NCBI GenBank assembly: GCA_040386495.1
Contig: JAZKFJ010000016.1
Span: 19,142 to 83,141, forward strand
DNA length: 64,000 nt
Direction: 5' to 3'
From: Pseudomonadota bacterium
GTDB lineage: Bacteria > Pseudomonadota > Gammaproteobacteria > Xanthomonadales > Xanthomonadaceae
Below are positions 9,646 through 19,135 of this stretch, in pieces (position 1 is the first letter of the stretch; each line of letters begins with the position of its first letter). The notes beneath the pieces are model-generated. The model saw only the letters and a list, made by a program, of their open reading frames with translations. It made no database searches and was not told where the DNA came from. The position numbers and the translations under genes are program-made.

Positions 9646-9725
9646 ACAGCAAGGTTTCGAAGCGGTGTTGTGGCTGAGCTTTTGAACGTGTATCCGTCGT
9701 GTTGTTCGCTGCACCGAGGTGATCG

Positions 9726-11165
9726 ATGTCGAACGTCCCATCCCAGGCCGCGCCGGAGCGCGGCCTCAACACCCTGCTGGTGCTGCTGGGCATCGCGTTG
9801 CTCGCCGCGCTGGTGGTGCCGTTCGTGCCGGCCGGGCTGTTCGAGCCCGGCGCGCCGGTGGCGCTGGAGCGTTTCCGCATCGATGCCGATGCCGCGGTGT
9901 CCACCGTGTTCGGCACCGCCGACGGGCGCGGTTTTCTCAACTTCCTCTTCGAAGGCATGACCAGCGGCGACCGCAACGGCGCGGCGGTCGGCCTGATCGC
10001 GCTGATCTTCATCATCGGCGGCTCGTTCGCGCTGGTGAACGAAACCGGCGCGGTCGAACGCGGCCTGCTGCGGCTGGTGGCGCTGAGCGGCGGCCATCCG
10101 GCGTGGCTGCTCGGCAGCCTGACGGTCGCGTTCTCGCTGGGCGGCGCGGTGTTCGGCATGGGCGAGGAAACCATCGCGTTCCTGGTGCTGCTGCTGCCGC
10201 TGATCGACCGGCTGGGACTGCCGCGCGAAAGCGCGGTGATGGCGACCTACATGGCCAGCCAGATCGGATTCGCCACGTCGTGGATGAATCCCTTCAGCGT
10301 GCTGGTCGCGCAGAGCGTGGCCGAGGTGCCGGCGCTGTCCGGCGCGCCGCTGCGCATCGCGGTGTGGGCGGTGTTCACCCTGGCGGCGCTGGTGTTCACG
10401 CTGCGCTACGCATTGCGCCATCGCATCGCCGGCAGCGGCGATGTGGCGGCGATGCTGCAGGCATCGCCGCTGCGCGGCAGCGACCGGATCGTGCTGCTGG
10501 CGATCGTCGCCACGGTGGTCTGGATCGTGTGGGGCATCACCTCGCGCGGCTATTACCTGCCGGAACTGGCGGCGCAGTTCTTCGCGCTGGGCCTGTTCTG
10601 CGCGCTGGTGATGCGTTTCGGCCGGCGTGGCGGAGACGGCGACGCGCAGCGCCCCAGCGCGAATCGATTAGCCGAGCTGTTCACCGCCGGCGTCGCGCAG
10701 ATGGTGCCGGTGGCGCTGGTGATCGCCGCGGCCAAGGGCATGCTGTGGCTGCTGGGCGGCACCGATCCGCACAAGGCCTCGGTGCTCAATACGCTGCTGT
10801 ACACGATGGGCCACGCGCTGGAAGGCTGGCCGCCGATGCTCGCGGCGCAGGGCATGCTGCTGTTCCAGGCGATCTTCAACGTCTTCGTCACCTCCGGCTC
10901 GGCGCAGGCCTCGATCACCATGCCGCTGATGTCCGGGCTGGGCGACATCGTCGGCGTGACGCGACAGGTCGCGGTGCTGGCGTTCCAGCTGGGCGACGGG
11001 GTGACCAACCTGATCATTCCCACGTCCGCGGTACTGATGGGCGCGCTGGGCGTGGCCGGGGTGAGCTGGCAGCGCTGGCTGCGCGCGATCTGGCGGTTCG
11101 AATTGCTGCTGGTCGGCCTGGCCGCCACCGCGGTGGCGGTCGCGGTGAGCATCGGCTACGCCTGA
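9726..11165 (+). CDS. YfcC / DcuC-superfamily transporter (putative basic amino acid or peptide antiporter)
   Basis: A 479-aa polytopic membrane protein. Its N-terminus and overall layout (LNTLLVLLGIALLAALV..., FLFEGMTSG, LIFIIGGSFALVNETGA) resemble YfcC-family proteins. Confidence 0.7.
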   Translation: MSNVPSQAAPERGLNTLLVLLGIALLAALVVPFVPAGLFEPGAPVALERFRIDADAAVSTVFGTADGRGFLNFLFEGMTSGDRNGAAVGLIALIFIIGGSFALVNETGAVERGLLRLVALSGGHPAWLLGSLTVAFSLGGAVFGMGEETIAFLVLLLPLIDRLGLPRESAVMATYMASQIGFATSWMNPFSVLVAQSVAEVPALSGAPLRIAVWAVFTLAALVFTLRYALRHRIAGSGDVAAMLQASPLRGSDRIVLLAIVATVVWIVWGITSRGYYLPELAAQFFALGLFCALVMRFGRRGGDGDAQRPSANRLAELFTAGVAQMVPVALVIAAAKGMLWLLGGTDPHKASVLNTLLYTMGHALEGWPPMLAAQGMLLFQAIFNVFVTSGSAQASITMPLMSGLGDIVGVTRQVAVLAFQLGDGVTNLIIPTSAVLMGALGVAGVSWQRWLRAIWRFELLLVGLAATAVAVAVSIGYA

Positions 11166-11229
11166 CGGCGGCGGCGGACATGGCGATGCATGCCGCGATT
11201 CCGGCAGCGTTTCTCGCTAGACTCCGGCC

Positions 11230-12006
11230 ATGAAAATCGCCTCCTGGAACGTCAATTCCCTCAACGTGCGCCTGCCGCATCTGGAGCAGTGGCTGCAGGC
11301 CGCCGCGCCCGACGTGGTCGGGCTGCAGGAAACCAAGCTCGAAGACAACCGCTTCCCGGATACGGTGCTGGCCGGATTGGGCTATCGCAGCGTGTTCGCC
11401 GGACAGAAGACCTACAACGGCGTGGCCCTGCTCGCGCGCGGGCATGCGCTCGACGATGTGCAGATCGGCATTCCGGATTTCGACGATGCGCAGCGACGCG
11501 CGATCGCCGCGACCATCGGCGGCATCCGCATCGTCAATCTGTATGTCGTCAACGGCCAGGATGTGGGCACCGAGAAATACGCCTACAAACTGCGCTGGCT
11601 CGACGCCGTGCATGCATGGCTCGCGGATGAAATGCAGCGGCACCCGAAGCTGGTGGTGATGGGCGATTTCAACATCGCGCCCGACGACCGCGACGTGCAC
11701 GATCCGGCGGTGTGGAACGACGACAGCATCCTCACCTCCACCGCCGAGCGCGCCGCGCTGAAGCGGCTGCTCGACCTCGGCCTGCACGACGCCTATCGCC
11801 TGCATCACAGCGAAGGCGGCTTCTTCAGTTGGTGGGATTACCGGCAGGCCGGTTTCCGCCGCAATCTCGGCCTGCGCATCGACCTGACGCTGGTGTCGGA
11901 TGCGCTGCGCGACAAGGCTACTGCGGCGGATATCGACCGCGAACCGCGGACGTGGGACCGGCCCAGCGATCATGCGCCGGCATGGGTGACCCTCGCTGCG
12001 CCTTGA
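11230..12006 (+). CDS. xthA: exodeoxyribonuclease III
   Basis: MKIASWNVNSLNVRLPHL..GLQETKL...VMGDFNIAPDDRDV...WDYR...RIDLTLVS...SDHAP. These are classic EEP-fold Xth motifs. Confidence 0.9.
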   Translation: MKIASWNVNSLNVRLPHLEQWLQAAAPDVVGLQETKLEDNRFPDTVLAGLGYRSVFAGQKTYNGVALLARGHALDDVQIGIPDFDDAQRRAIAATIGGIRIVNLYVVNGQDVGTEKYAYKLRWLDAVHAWLADEMQRHPKLVVMGDFNIAPDDRDVHDPAVWNDDSILTSTAERAALKRLLDLGLHDAYRLHHSEGGFFSWWDYRQAGFRRNLGLRIDLTLVSDALRDKATAADIDREPRTWDRPSDHAPAWVTLAAP

Positions 12007-12068
12007 GCGCATGGCGGCGCAAGCCGTTGCGCCAGCATCATCGGCCGCCTATCGGCTGCGCACAGCGC

Positions 12069-12100
12069 AAAAAAAAGCCCGGAAAACCGGGCTTTTTTTC
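12069..12100. terminator. bidirectional rho-independent terminator between convergent xthA and the GlsB-like gene
   Basis: AAAAAAAA-GCCCGG-aaaa-CCGGGC-TTTTTTT. Confidence 0.85.
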
Positions 12101-12120
12101 ATCCATCAATCGAAGCCCGC

Positions 12121-12390
12121 TCAGCGTGCGCGGCCCCGCGTGATCAGATTCACCAGCAACAGCAGGATCACGGCGCCAATGAGCGAAGCCGTCAATCCCA
12201 CGATCGAAAAATCGCCGGTGTTGGCGGTGCCCGAGCCCAGCATCGGCGCGATCAGGAAGCCGCCGAGGAACGAGCCGACGATGCCGACGATGACATTGAG
12301 GAAGATTCCCTGTTGGCCATCGCGCTTCATGATGATGCTGGCCAGCCAGCCGATGATGCCGCCGACGATCAACCAGATGATGATGTTCAT
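12121..12390 (-). CDS. GlsB/YeaQ/YmgE family stress-response membrane protein
   Basis: 89 aa from MNIIIWLIVGGIIGWLASIIMKRDGQQGIFLNVIVGIVGSFLGGFL. This is the typical transglycosylase-associated family signature. The ATG at 12390 is in frame. Confidence 0.85.
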   Translation of the reverse strand: MNIIIWLIVGGIIGWLASIIMKRDGQQGIFLNVIVGIVGSFLGGFLIAPMLGSGTANTGDFSIVGLTASLIGAVILLLLVNLITRGRAR

Positions 12391-12809
12391 GGTGCGTATT
12401 CTCCACGTTGGATTTGACATGGCCGGTACCGGGCCCGTGATGGGACACCGATGCGGCCGATTCGAGATGCAGCGGCAGGCTTGCGCTACGGAAACCAGCC
12501 ATCGGCAGCGCGCCGACGGACGTTTTGCGCAACCGCACGGCCGCCGCCTCGACAAAGCTTGAAGGCAACCGGCGGGCGCGACAGCACGCTGCGGATGTCG
12601 TTCAGGCGGACATCATTTCCGATGGAAAACGGCCGGAATAAGCGGTTTTTTCCCGATGCCCAGCGGCGTTGTGCACGATGGCCCGGGTCTAAGGCATGCA
12701 CATTGCATGCGGCGTCAAAGGATGTATTCGATGGCTGCGCGAAGCGTCAGCCCACGGTCCCGGGTGGGAGTGCGAAAAAATCGTGGTCCAGCGCCAGGGC
12801 GGGAGCGCG

Positions 12810-13205
12810 CTACGGTTTCGTCGGTTGCGGGGCCGGCTTGCTGCGTAGCGCCGACGCCATGGCACCGATGCCGCCTGCGAGCAGTGCGAGCATCAGCAGC
12901 GTGTTGAACAGGCTGGTCGGCCTGAAATAAATGTTGAGGTTGGCGAGGATGCCGACGAACACGATCACCAGACCCGCGGCCAGCAGCAGCCAACCCATGA
13001 TCGACTTGCCGTTGAAGAAGATCAGGCCGGTACCGAGGATGAAGGGGATGAGCGACAGGCCGAAGCCGTTGTAGCCGTAGATCATCCAGCCACCGCCGGA
13101 GCTGACCGATACCTGGTTGGTCAGCAACCAGCCGCCGGCCACCGCGCACATCAGGCCGATGAAGAATTGTCCGATGCCGCCCTCGGTGCCGCCTGCGCCT
13201 TTCAT
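12810..13205 (-). CDS. small hydrophobic membrane protein, function unknown
   Basis: A 131-aa ORF with about four predicted TM segments and Gly-rich loops. I recognise no family. Confidence 0.5.
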   Translation of the reverse strand: MKGAGGTEGGIGQFFIGLMCAVAGGWLLTNQVSVSSGGGWMIYGYNGFGLSLIPFILGTGLIFFNGKSIMGWLLLAAGLVIVFVGILANLNIYFRPTSLFNTLLMLALLAGGIGAMASALRSKPAPQPTKP

Positions 13206-13275
13206 GTGTCGTGCTCGCTCTGGAAATACGGCCGGCCGCGATCATAACGCAGCATGTTCGCGCTCACGCGCGCGC

Positions 13276-14646
13276 TCATCCCAGCAACCGCAGCAGCGCC
13301 TCGCGCGGCAGCTTGCCGGTCTCGTTGCGGGGCAGGGCATCGACGATGCGCAGCCGCCGCGGCAGGAAGATCGGGTCGACGCTGTTGCGCAGGGCCTCCA
13401 GGATCCCGGCGACATCCTGCCCGGGCGCGACCGCGAGCGCGGCGATCCGGCGCACGCCGGTCACGTCGCAGGCGTCCAGCTGCAGCATCACGCCGTCGAT
13501 CACGCCGGGCACCGCCAGCAGGCGGCGGGTCAGGTCGCCCAGCGAAGCGCGCTTGCCGGCGATCTCCAGCAGGTCCGACTGCCGGCCGCACAGCTGGAAC
13601 CGGCCTTCGCCGTGCAGTTCGACCAGATCCGCCAGCGCCATCGGCGCGGGCAGGTGCGGCGCGATCACCAGCGTGCCGTCGGGCTGCGGCTGCAACTGCA
13701 CGCCGGGCAGGCACTGCCAGAAGTCGTCGCGCGCGGTGCGGCGGTGGGCGATGACGCAGGTTTCGGTGGAGCCGAACATTTCGCGCACTTCGCAGCCGAA
13801 GGTCTGCTCGGCGGCGGCGGCCAGCCCCTGCGGCAGCGGCGCGGTGGCGGTGACGATGCCGGCCAGCGGCGGCAGCGCGATGCCGGATTCGACCAGCGCG
13901 CGCAGATGCACCGGGGTGGTGACCAGCAGCGCCGGCGCGGTCGCATGGCCCAGGGCGCGGGCGACATCTTCGGGAAAGAACGGGCGGCCGCCATGCACGG
14001 CGGCGGACGCCAGCAGCGGCATCAGCACCGACAGCTCCATGCCGTACATGTGCTGCGGCGGCACCGTGGCGACGATCGGCAACACGGCCGCCTCCGGCCA
14101 CAGGTGGCGCAGCGCGGCGGTGTTCTGCGCGGTGCTGGTGCGCAGGCTGCCCCAGGTCTTGGGGTTGGGTTTCGGCGTGCCGGTGCTGCCCGAGGTGAAG
14201 CCGATCATCGCCAGCGCCCCGGCATCGACCTCCAGCGCCGGACCGTGCTCCCGCGGCAGGCGCTCGGGCAGCGCATGCATCCGCGGCGGCGCGGGCGACA
14301 GCCGCACGTCGGCGATGCAATAACTGTCGGGATACTGCCGGCGCACGTCCTCGATCACCGCTGGCGTGCGCGACGGCGGCAGCAGATTGACCTGTCCGCG
14401 CACGGCGGCGGCGCAGAACGCGACCAGGAAGCGGTAGCGGTCTTCGCACAGATTGATCGCGAAAGCCGCCTGCGGCAGGCCGGCGGCGACCCCGCGGACT
14501 TCGGCCAGGAAGGTATCGAGCGCGATGTGGCCATGGCCATCGAAAGCGAAGCTGCGGCCGGCCGGACCTTCGGCGAGCGCCACCCACTGCGGCGATGGCG
14601 CTTCGGGCATGGCCCCGGTGCCCATGGTTTCGATCGCTGCCGACAT
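13276..14646 (-). CDS. AMP-dependent synthetase/ligase (acyl/aryl-adenylating enzyme)
   Basis: The A3-like core IGFTSGSTGTPKPNPKTW is present, with later GSTE and lysine-containing C-terminal motifs (ETGKLPR). The start is taken at MSAAIETMG (14646) behind GGGAGA. Confidence 0.75.
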   Translation of the reverse strand: MSAAIETMGTGAMPEAPSPQWVALAEGPAGRSFAFDGHGHIALDTFLAEVRGVAAGLPQAAFAINLCEDRYRFLVAFCAAAVRGQVNLLPPSRTPAVIEDVRRQYPDSYCIADVRLSPAPPRMHALPERLPREHGPALEVDAGALAMIGFTSGSTGTPKPNPKTWGSLRTSTAQNTAALRHLWPEAAVLPIVATVPPQHMYGMELSVLMPLLASAAVHGGRPFFPEDVARALGHATAPALLVTTPVHLRALVESGIALPPLAGIVTATAPLPQGLAAAAEQTFGCEVREMFGSTETCVIAHRRTARDDFWQCLPGVQLQPQPDGTLVIAPHLPAPMALADLVELHGEGRFQLCGRQSDLLEIAGKRASLGDLTRRLLAVPGVIDGVMLQLDACDVTGVRRIAALAVAPGQDVAGILEALRNSVDPIFLPRRLRIVDALPRNETGKLPREALLRLLG

Positions 14647-14748
14647 ATCGTTGTTTGTCTCCCGCTGGCTACGCCCAGGCACCGATCGGTGCCCGCCCCT
14701 GCCTTAGCTTACGCTGGGCGGCCCGACCGCCTCAAACCGACGCGCTAC

Positions 14749-15366
14749 GTGAACAGTCTGGAATTCGCTCCTCCGCAGCTCGCCACCCGGCAGCCCGGCC
14801 CGGTGTCCTGCGCCTGGTGGCCCTATCGCCGCGGCGACGATGCCGAGCGCCGCATCCGCGGCTGGCTGGGCGACCTGTGGGCGTTGCCGCCCGCAGCAAT
14901 GACCATCGCCCGCGATAGCCACGGCCGGCCGTTCCTCGAGGCCGGCGCCCACCGGGTCGATCTGAACTGGAGCCACAGCGGCGACTGGCTGATTGCGGTC
15001 TGCGCCGAGCGCGCGCGGGTCGGCGTCGATATCGAATGGCTCCGCCCGCGGCCCAGGGCGCTGGCGCTGGCGCGGCGGTTCTTCGCGCCGGCCGAAACCG
15101 CGGCGCTGGCCACGATGGCCGACGATCCGGCGCGGCTGGAATACGCCTTCACCCGGCTGTGGTGCGCGAAGGAGGCGGTGCTGAAGGCCCACGGCCGCGG
15201 GCTGTCGTTCGGGCTGGAAAAGCTGCAGTTCGCACTGGACGACGACGGCCCGCCGCGGCTGGTGGCCTGCGATCCCGCGCTGGGCGCGCCGGAGGAATGG
15301 CGTCTGCATGCCTGGACGCCGGTGCCGGGGTATCTGGCGACGTTGGCCTGCAAGCCCGTCTCGTAG
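14749..15366 (+). CDS. 4'-phosphopantetheinyl transferase (Sfp/EntD type)
   Basis: NWSHSGDWLIAV, VGVDIEW and FTRLWCAKEAVLKAHG are the Sfp-type PPTase motifs. A GTG start is assumed at 14749 because there is no earlier ATG in frame. Confidence 0.7.
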   Translation: MNSLEFAPPQLATRQPGPVSCAWWPYRRGDDAERRIRGWLGDLWALPPAAMTIARDSHGRPFLEAGAHRVDLNWSHSGDWLIAVCAERARVGVDIEWLRPRPRALALARRFFAPAETAALATMADDPARLEYAFTRLWCAKEAVLKAHGRGLSFGLEKLQFALDDDGPPRLVACDPALGAPEEWRLHAWTPVPGYLATLACKPVS

Positions 15367-15477
15367 GAGGGGCTGTTGTAGGAGGGGCTTCAGCCCCGAG
15401 CTTTTGCTTTGAACGAGCCCAAGCCCGGGGCAGAAGAGCTCGGGGCTGAAGCCCCTCCTACAAAAGCCCGTCCTACA
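15363..15477. repeat. REP doublet, family GTAGGAGGGGCTTCAGCCCCGAGC
   Basis: tgtaggaggggcttcagccccgagc ... gctcggggctgaagcccctcctaca in inverted orientation. The same family occurs at 54910-54987. Confidence 0.8.
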
Positions 15478-15500
15478 AAAGCGTCGCGCATAATTCCCGC

Positions 15501-16157
15501 ATGACCACCTCCGACCTCCCCACCGCCGCCCGCGCCGACCTCGATGCCGGCCTGCAGGCGCTGCAGCTCGACCCTGCGCTGGCCGAGCCGCTGGCGCGCT
15601 ATCTGGCGCTGTTGCTGCGCTGGAACGCCACCTACAACCTCACCGCCATCCGCGACCCGCGCGAGATGGTGACCAAACACCTGCTGGACTCGCTGGCGAT
15701 GGCACCGTTCGTGGCCGATGTGCCGACCTTGGCCGATCTGGGCACCGGCGCGGGGCTGCCCGGCATCCCGCTGGCGATCGCGGTCCCCGGCCTGCGCGTC
15801 ACCCTCGTGGAATCGGCCGGCAAGAAAGCCCGGTTCATGCGCGAAGCCATCCGCCACCTCGGCCTGGGCAACGCCGAGGTGGCCGAATCGCGGATCGAGG
15901 CCTTGGATCGACCCGGTGAATTCTCGGCGATCACCGCCCGCGCCCTGGCCACGCTGCCGCAGATCCTGACCCTGGGCGGGCATCTGCTGGCCCCGGGCGG
16001 CGTGCTGCTGGCGATGAAGGGCATCCGCCCGGACGACGAGATCGCAGGCCTGCCCGCAGGCTGGGCGCTGCGCGAGATCCACCCGCTGACCGTGCCCGGG
16101 CTGGGCGCAGAACGGCATCTTGTCGTGGTGGGTCGTAGCGAACCGACCAAAGGCTGA
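15501..16157 (+). CDS. rsmG: 16S rRNA (guanine527-N7)-methyltransferase
   Basis: [28 protein letters not shown] and [15 protein letters not shown] (SAM motif). It lies directly upstream of parAB. Confidence 0.9.
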   Translation: MTTSDLPTAARADLDAGLQALQLDPALAEPLARYLALLLRWNATYNLTAIRDPREMVTKHLLDSLAMAPFVADVPTLADLGTGAGLPGIPLAIAVPGLRVTLVESAGKKARFMREAIRHLGLGNAEVAESRIEALDRPGEFSAITARALATLPQILTLGGHLLAPGGVLLAMKGIRPDDEIAGLPAGWALREIHPLTVPGLGAERHLVVVGRSEPTKG

Positions 16158-16264
16158 CGGCAAGCCCGCCCGCCAGCAGGCATAATCCGCGGTTCGGCCC
16201 GCGTCGCCTCCGGCGCGGACTCGCCGGCTTCTGCCCGGCCAACACCAGACTTCCGGACTCCACC

Positions 16265-17086
16265 ATGGCCCGCATCATCGCCATCGCCAACCAGAAAGGC
16301 GGGGTCGGCAAGACCACCACCGCGGTCAATCTCGCCGCCGCGCTGGCGCAGGCGCCCAAGCGCGTGCTGCTGGTCGACCTGGACGCCCAGGGCAACGCCA
16401 CCATGGGCAGCGGCGTCGACAAGCGCGAGCTCGCCGGCTCCACCTGCGACGTGATGCTGGAGGAAATGCACGCGGTCGACGTGATCGTGCGCACCGCCGA
16501 AGGCTTCGACCTGCTGCCGGGCAACAACGACCTGACCGCGGCCGAGATCGAGCTGATGGACGAGCCGGGCCGCGAGCAGCGGCTCAAGCGCGCCATCGAA
16601 ACCGTGCGCGACCGCTACGACTTCATCCTGATCGACTGCCCGCCGGCGCTGTCGCTGCTCACGCTGAACGCGCTGACCGCCGCCGACTCGATCCTGGTGC
16701 CGATGCAGTGCGAGTACTACGCGCTGGAAGGCCTCAGCTCGCTGCTGCAGACCATCGACGCGCTGAAGGCCAAGCTCAATCCGGATCTGGAAATCGAAGG
16801 CGTGCTGCGCACCATGTTCGACGTGCGCAACAACCTCGCCAACGCCGTTTCGGCTGACCTCACCGCGCACTTCGGCGACAAGGTCTTCCGCACCATCATC
16901 CCGCGCAACGTGCGCCTGGCCGAGGCGCCCAGCCACGGCCAGAGCATCGTCGGTTACGACAAGGGGTCGCGCGGGGCCATCGCTTATCTCGGGCTGGCCG
17001 GCGAAGTGATCCGCCACCAGCGCGAACGCACGCAACAGGCCGGCGCCGGCGGTGCGAACATCAAGACCCCGGGGATCTCCGCATGA
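16265..17086 (+). CDS. parA: chromosome partitioning ATPase ParA (Soj)
   Basis: The deviant Walker A IAIANQKGGVGKTTTAVNLA is present, along with VLLVDLDAQGNAT and IDCPPAL. Confidence 0.95.
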   Translation: MARIIAIANQKGGVGKTTTAVNLAAALAQAPKRVLLVDLDAQGNATMGSGVDKRELAGSTCDVMLEEMHAVDVIVRTAEGFDLLPGNNDLTAAEIELMDEPGREQRLKRAIETVRDRYDFILIDCPPALSLLTLNALTAADSILVPMQCEYYALEGLSSLLQTIDALKAKLNPDLEIEGVLRTMFDVRNNLANAVSADLTAHFGDKVFRTIIPRNVRLAEAPSHGQSIVGYDKGSRGAIAYLGLAGEVIRHQRERTQQAGAGGANIKTPGISA

Positions 17087-17997
17087 GCACCGTCAAAAAG
17101 CGCGGCCTCGGCCGCGGCCTCGAAGCCCTGCTCGGCCCGAAAGCCGCCGCGGAGGCGCCCGCGCTGGAAGCCACGTCCACCGACACCCTGCGGATGCTGC
17201 CGGTCGATGCCCTGACCCCCGGCAAGTACCAGCCGCGCCGCGCGATGGACCCCGGCAAGCTCACCGAGCTGGCCGAGTCGATCAAGGCGCAGGGCGTGAT
17301 CCAACCCATCGTCGTGCGCGAGATCGCCAAGGACAAGGGCGGCAAGGTCTACGAGATCATCGCCGGCGAACGCCGCTGGCGCGCGTCGCAGCAGGCCGGG
17401 CTGAAGGACATCCCGGTCGTCATCCGCGAAGTCGACGACCGCACCGTGGTCGCGATGGCGCTGATCGAGAACATCCAGCGCGAAGACCTCAACCCGCTGG
17501 AAGAAGCGCAGGCGCTGCAGCGCCTGATCGACGAATTCGACCTCACCCATGCCCAGGCCGCCGAGGCCGTGGGCCGCTCGCGCGCCGCGGTCTCCAACCT
17601 GCTGCGCCTGCTGGAGTTGCCGGCCGATATCCGCACCCTGGTGGAAACCCGCGCGCTGGAAATGGGCCACGCCCGCGCCCTGCTGTCGCTGGCGCCGCAG
17701 GCGGCGATCGCGCTGGCCCGCCAGGCCGCCGAGCTGGGCTGGTCGGTGCGCGAAGTCGAACACCGCGTGCAGCAGTACGCCGCCGGGCAGGTGCCCAGCG
17801 GCACCAAGGCCAAGACCACCAACGGCACCAAGCCCAAACCGCAGGCCGACATCGTCGCCCTCGAACGCGACCTGTCCGAATCGCTGGGCACCGTCGTCAA
17901 CGTCCTGCACGGCCGCGGCGGCAAGGGCCGGCTGGTGATCCATTACACCGATCTGGACACGCTGGAAGGCGTGCTGGAGCGGTTGAAGGCGCGGTGA
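17083..17997 (+). CDS. parB: chromosome partitioning protein ParB (Spo0J)
   Basis: RGLGRGLEALL, YQPRR, GVIQPIVVR, IIAGERRWRA and ENIQREDLNPLEEA are present. The start overlaps the parA stop. Confidence 0.95.
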   Translation: MSTVKKRGLGRGLEALLGPKAAAEAPALEATSTDTLRMLPVDALTPGKYQPRRAMDPGKLTELAESIKAQGVIQPIVVREIAKDKGGKVYEIIAGERRWRASQQAGLKDIPVVIREVDDRTVVAMALIENIQREDLNPLEEAQALQRLIDEFDLTHAQAAEAVGRSRAAVSNLLRLLELPADIRTLVETRALEMGHARALLSLAPQAAIALARQAAELGWSVREVEHRVQQYAAGQVPSGTKAKTTNGTKPKPQADIVALERDLSESLGTVVNVLHGRGGKGRLVIHYTDLDTLEGVLERLKAR

Positions 17998-18779
17998 GTC
18001 AGTCCTACGCCAAGAGACCTCTGACTCGCGAAGAGCGATTGTTCTACCGCGACCGATTGCGCGCCGCGCGCTATGCCGCGTTAGCAGATGCCGAGGGGTT
18101 CGAGCAGGTCTGTTTTGCGGTCGAGGCGTTGGGGATGCGCCTTGTAGACAGACAGGAAGCACTGGGCAAATATCGTGATGCGATCTTGTCGCTGGCATCT
18201 ACAGTCGATTGGCGCAGCGACCCCGTTGAGCGATTTTCCGGGGTATTCACTCGATGCGCCGCATTGTACGAAAAGCTCAGAGTCGCTCGAAATGACGCCA
18301 TGCACACGGGCGCTTACGCAAGGCATGCGACATCCGCAGCTATTGAACTTTGCATTCATCTGGAAGAAGCGCTGATGGCGAACAACGGGAGTGATCTGAA
18401 CTCCGCTGCGGATTACATGGTGCGAGAGGTAGTGGTGGTCGAAGAATGGCATCTCGTAGCGCACGCGAGGCAGATGATGCTCATGCATTCCTTTTCGTTT
18501 CTCCCAATCCGTCTCAATGGGCATTGGAAATTGATTTCGGAAATGTCCGTCGCTCGTTTCCTAAGACAAGACCGTGCGAATCGTTTGGCGATGCCAATAA
18601 TCGATGCTGAACGTATTGAGTCGAGTCTGGTCTGTGACGCAGTAGAAATTCGCTCTGATATGGGAATTTCCGATTTGTATGACGCACCTATCGGAGACCA
18701 CGGTCGTCTCTGGCTGGTCACCGAGATCGACGGCTCGGAGCGGTTGCTCGGAGTATTGACTCCATTCGAGCTGATGTAG
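17994..18779 (+). CDS. hypothetical protein: helical N-domain with HEPN-like RNxxxH motif + tandem CBS-like domains
   Basis: The GTG at 17994 overlaps the parB stop (GTGA), and composition turns AT-richer exactly here. The N-terminal about 130 aa are predicted helical and contain LRVARNDAMHTG. The C-terminal half has two CBS-like repeats: (DYMVREVVVVEE..LPIRLNGHWKLISEMSVARFL; VCDAVEIRSDM..LWLVTEIDGSERLLGVLTPFELM). Confidence 0.55.
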   Translation: MSQSYAKRPLTREERLFYRDRLRAARYAALADAEGFEQVCFAVEALGMRLVDRQEALGKYRDAILSLASTVDWRSDPVERFSGVFTRCAALYEKLRVARNDAMHTGAYARHATSAAIELCIHLEEALMANNGSDLNSAADYMVREVVVVEEWHLVAHARQMMLMHSFSFLPIRLNGHWKLISEMSVARFLRQDRANRLAMPIIDAERIESSLVCDAVEIRSDMGISDLYDAPIGDHGRLWLVTEIDGSERLLGVLTPFELM

Positions 18780-18840
18780 CGATAGCGATCGCGTAGCACG
18801 CTTGTGCTACAGTTCTGCCCGCCGCCGCGATGGAGCCCGC

Positions 18841-19131
18841 ATGCCCACGCCCACCACCACGATCCGCATTCCCGACGAACTGAAGGCGCGACTCGCCCGA
18901 CTGGCCGAGCGGGAAGGCACGTCGACCCACAGCCTGATCCTCGATGCCATCGCCGAGAAGGTCGATGCGCTGGAGCGCCGTCATGCGTTCCATGAAGAGG
19001 CACAGAAACGCTTGGCGCACCTGGAAGAGACCGGCATGGGCATCGAGTGGGCAGACATGAAGCGCTACCTGGATGCACGGATGGCTGGCGAGGATGTTCC
19101 ACCGCCGGCATCGCGACGCATCGGAAGCTGA
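18841..19131 (+). CDS. ribbon-helix-helix (CopG-like) type II antitoxin
   Basis: MPTPTTTIRIPDELKARLARLAEREGTSTHSLILDAIAEKV is a canonical RHH N-terminus. It sits 4 nt upstream of a ParE-like gene. Confidence 0.75.
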   Translation: MPTPTTTIRIPDELKARLARLAEREGTSTHSLILDAIAEKVDALERRHAFHEEAQKRLAHLEETGMGIEWADMKRYLDARMAGEDVPPPASRRIGS

Positions 19132-19135
19132 GTAC

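Noticed and set aside
12391-12809. A 420-bp gap between the GlsB-like gene and the small membrane protein gene, with several short track ORFs (for example 12451-12930 and 12486-12701).
   Set aside because: The ORFs have no SD, no motifs and shadow-frame composition. The region may hold promoters or a leader, but nothing specific can be supported.
17052-17993. The upstream 314 codons of the 575-aa plus-strand track ORF that runs through parB in another frame.
   Set aside because: This part overlaps parB out of frame and is Arg/Pro/Gly-rich nonsense. Only the portion from the GTG at 17994, where composition changes and CBS-like repeats appear, is treated as a gene.
15480-18000. A search for parS (TGTTNCACGTGAAACA-like) and clustered DnaA boxes around rsmG-parAB.
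   Set aside because: I could not find a convincing palindromic parS or a box cluster by eye in this stretch. A proper pattern scan is needed before any claim.
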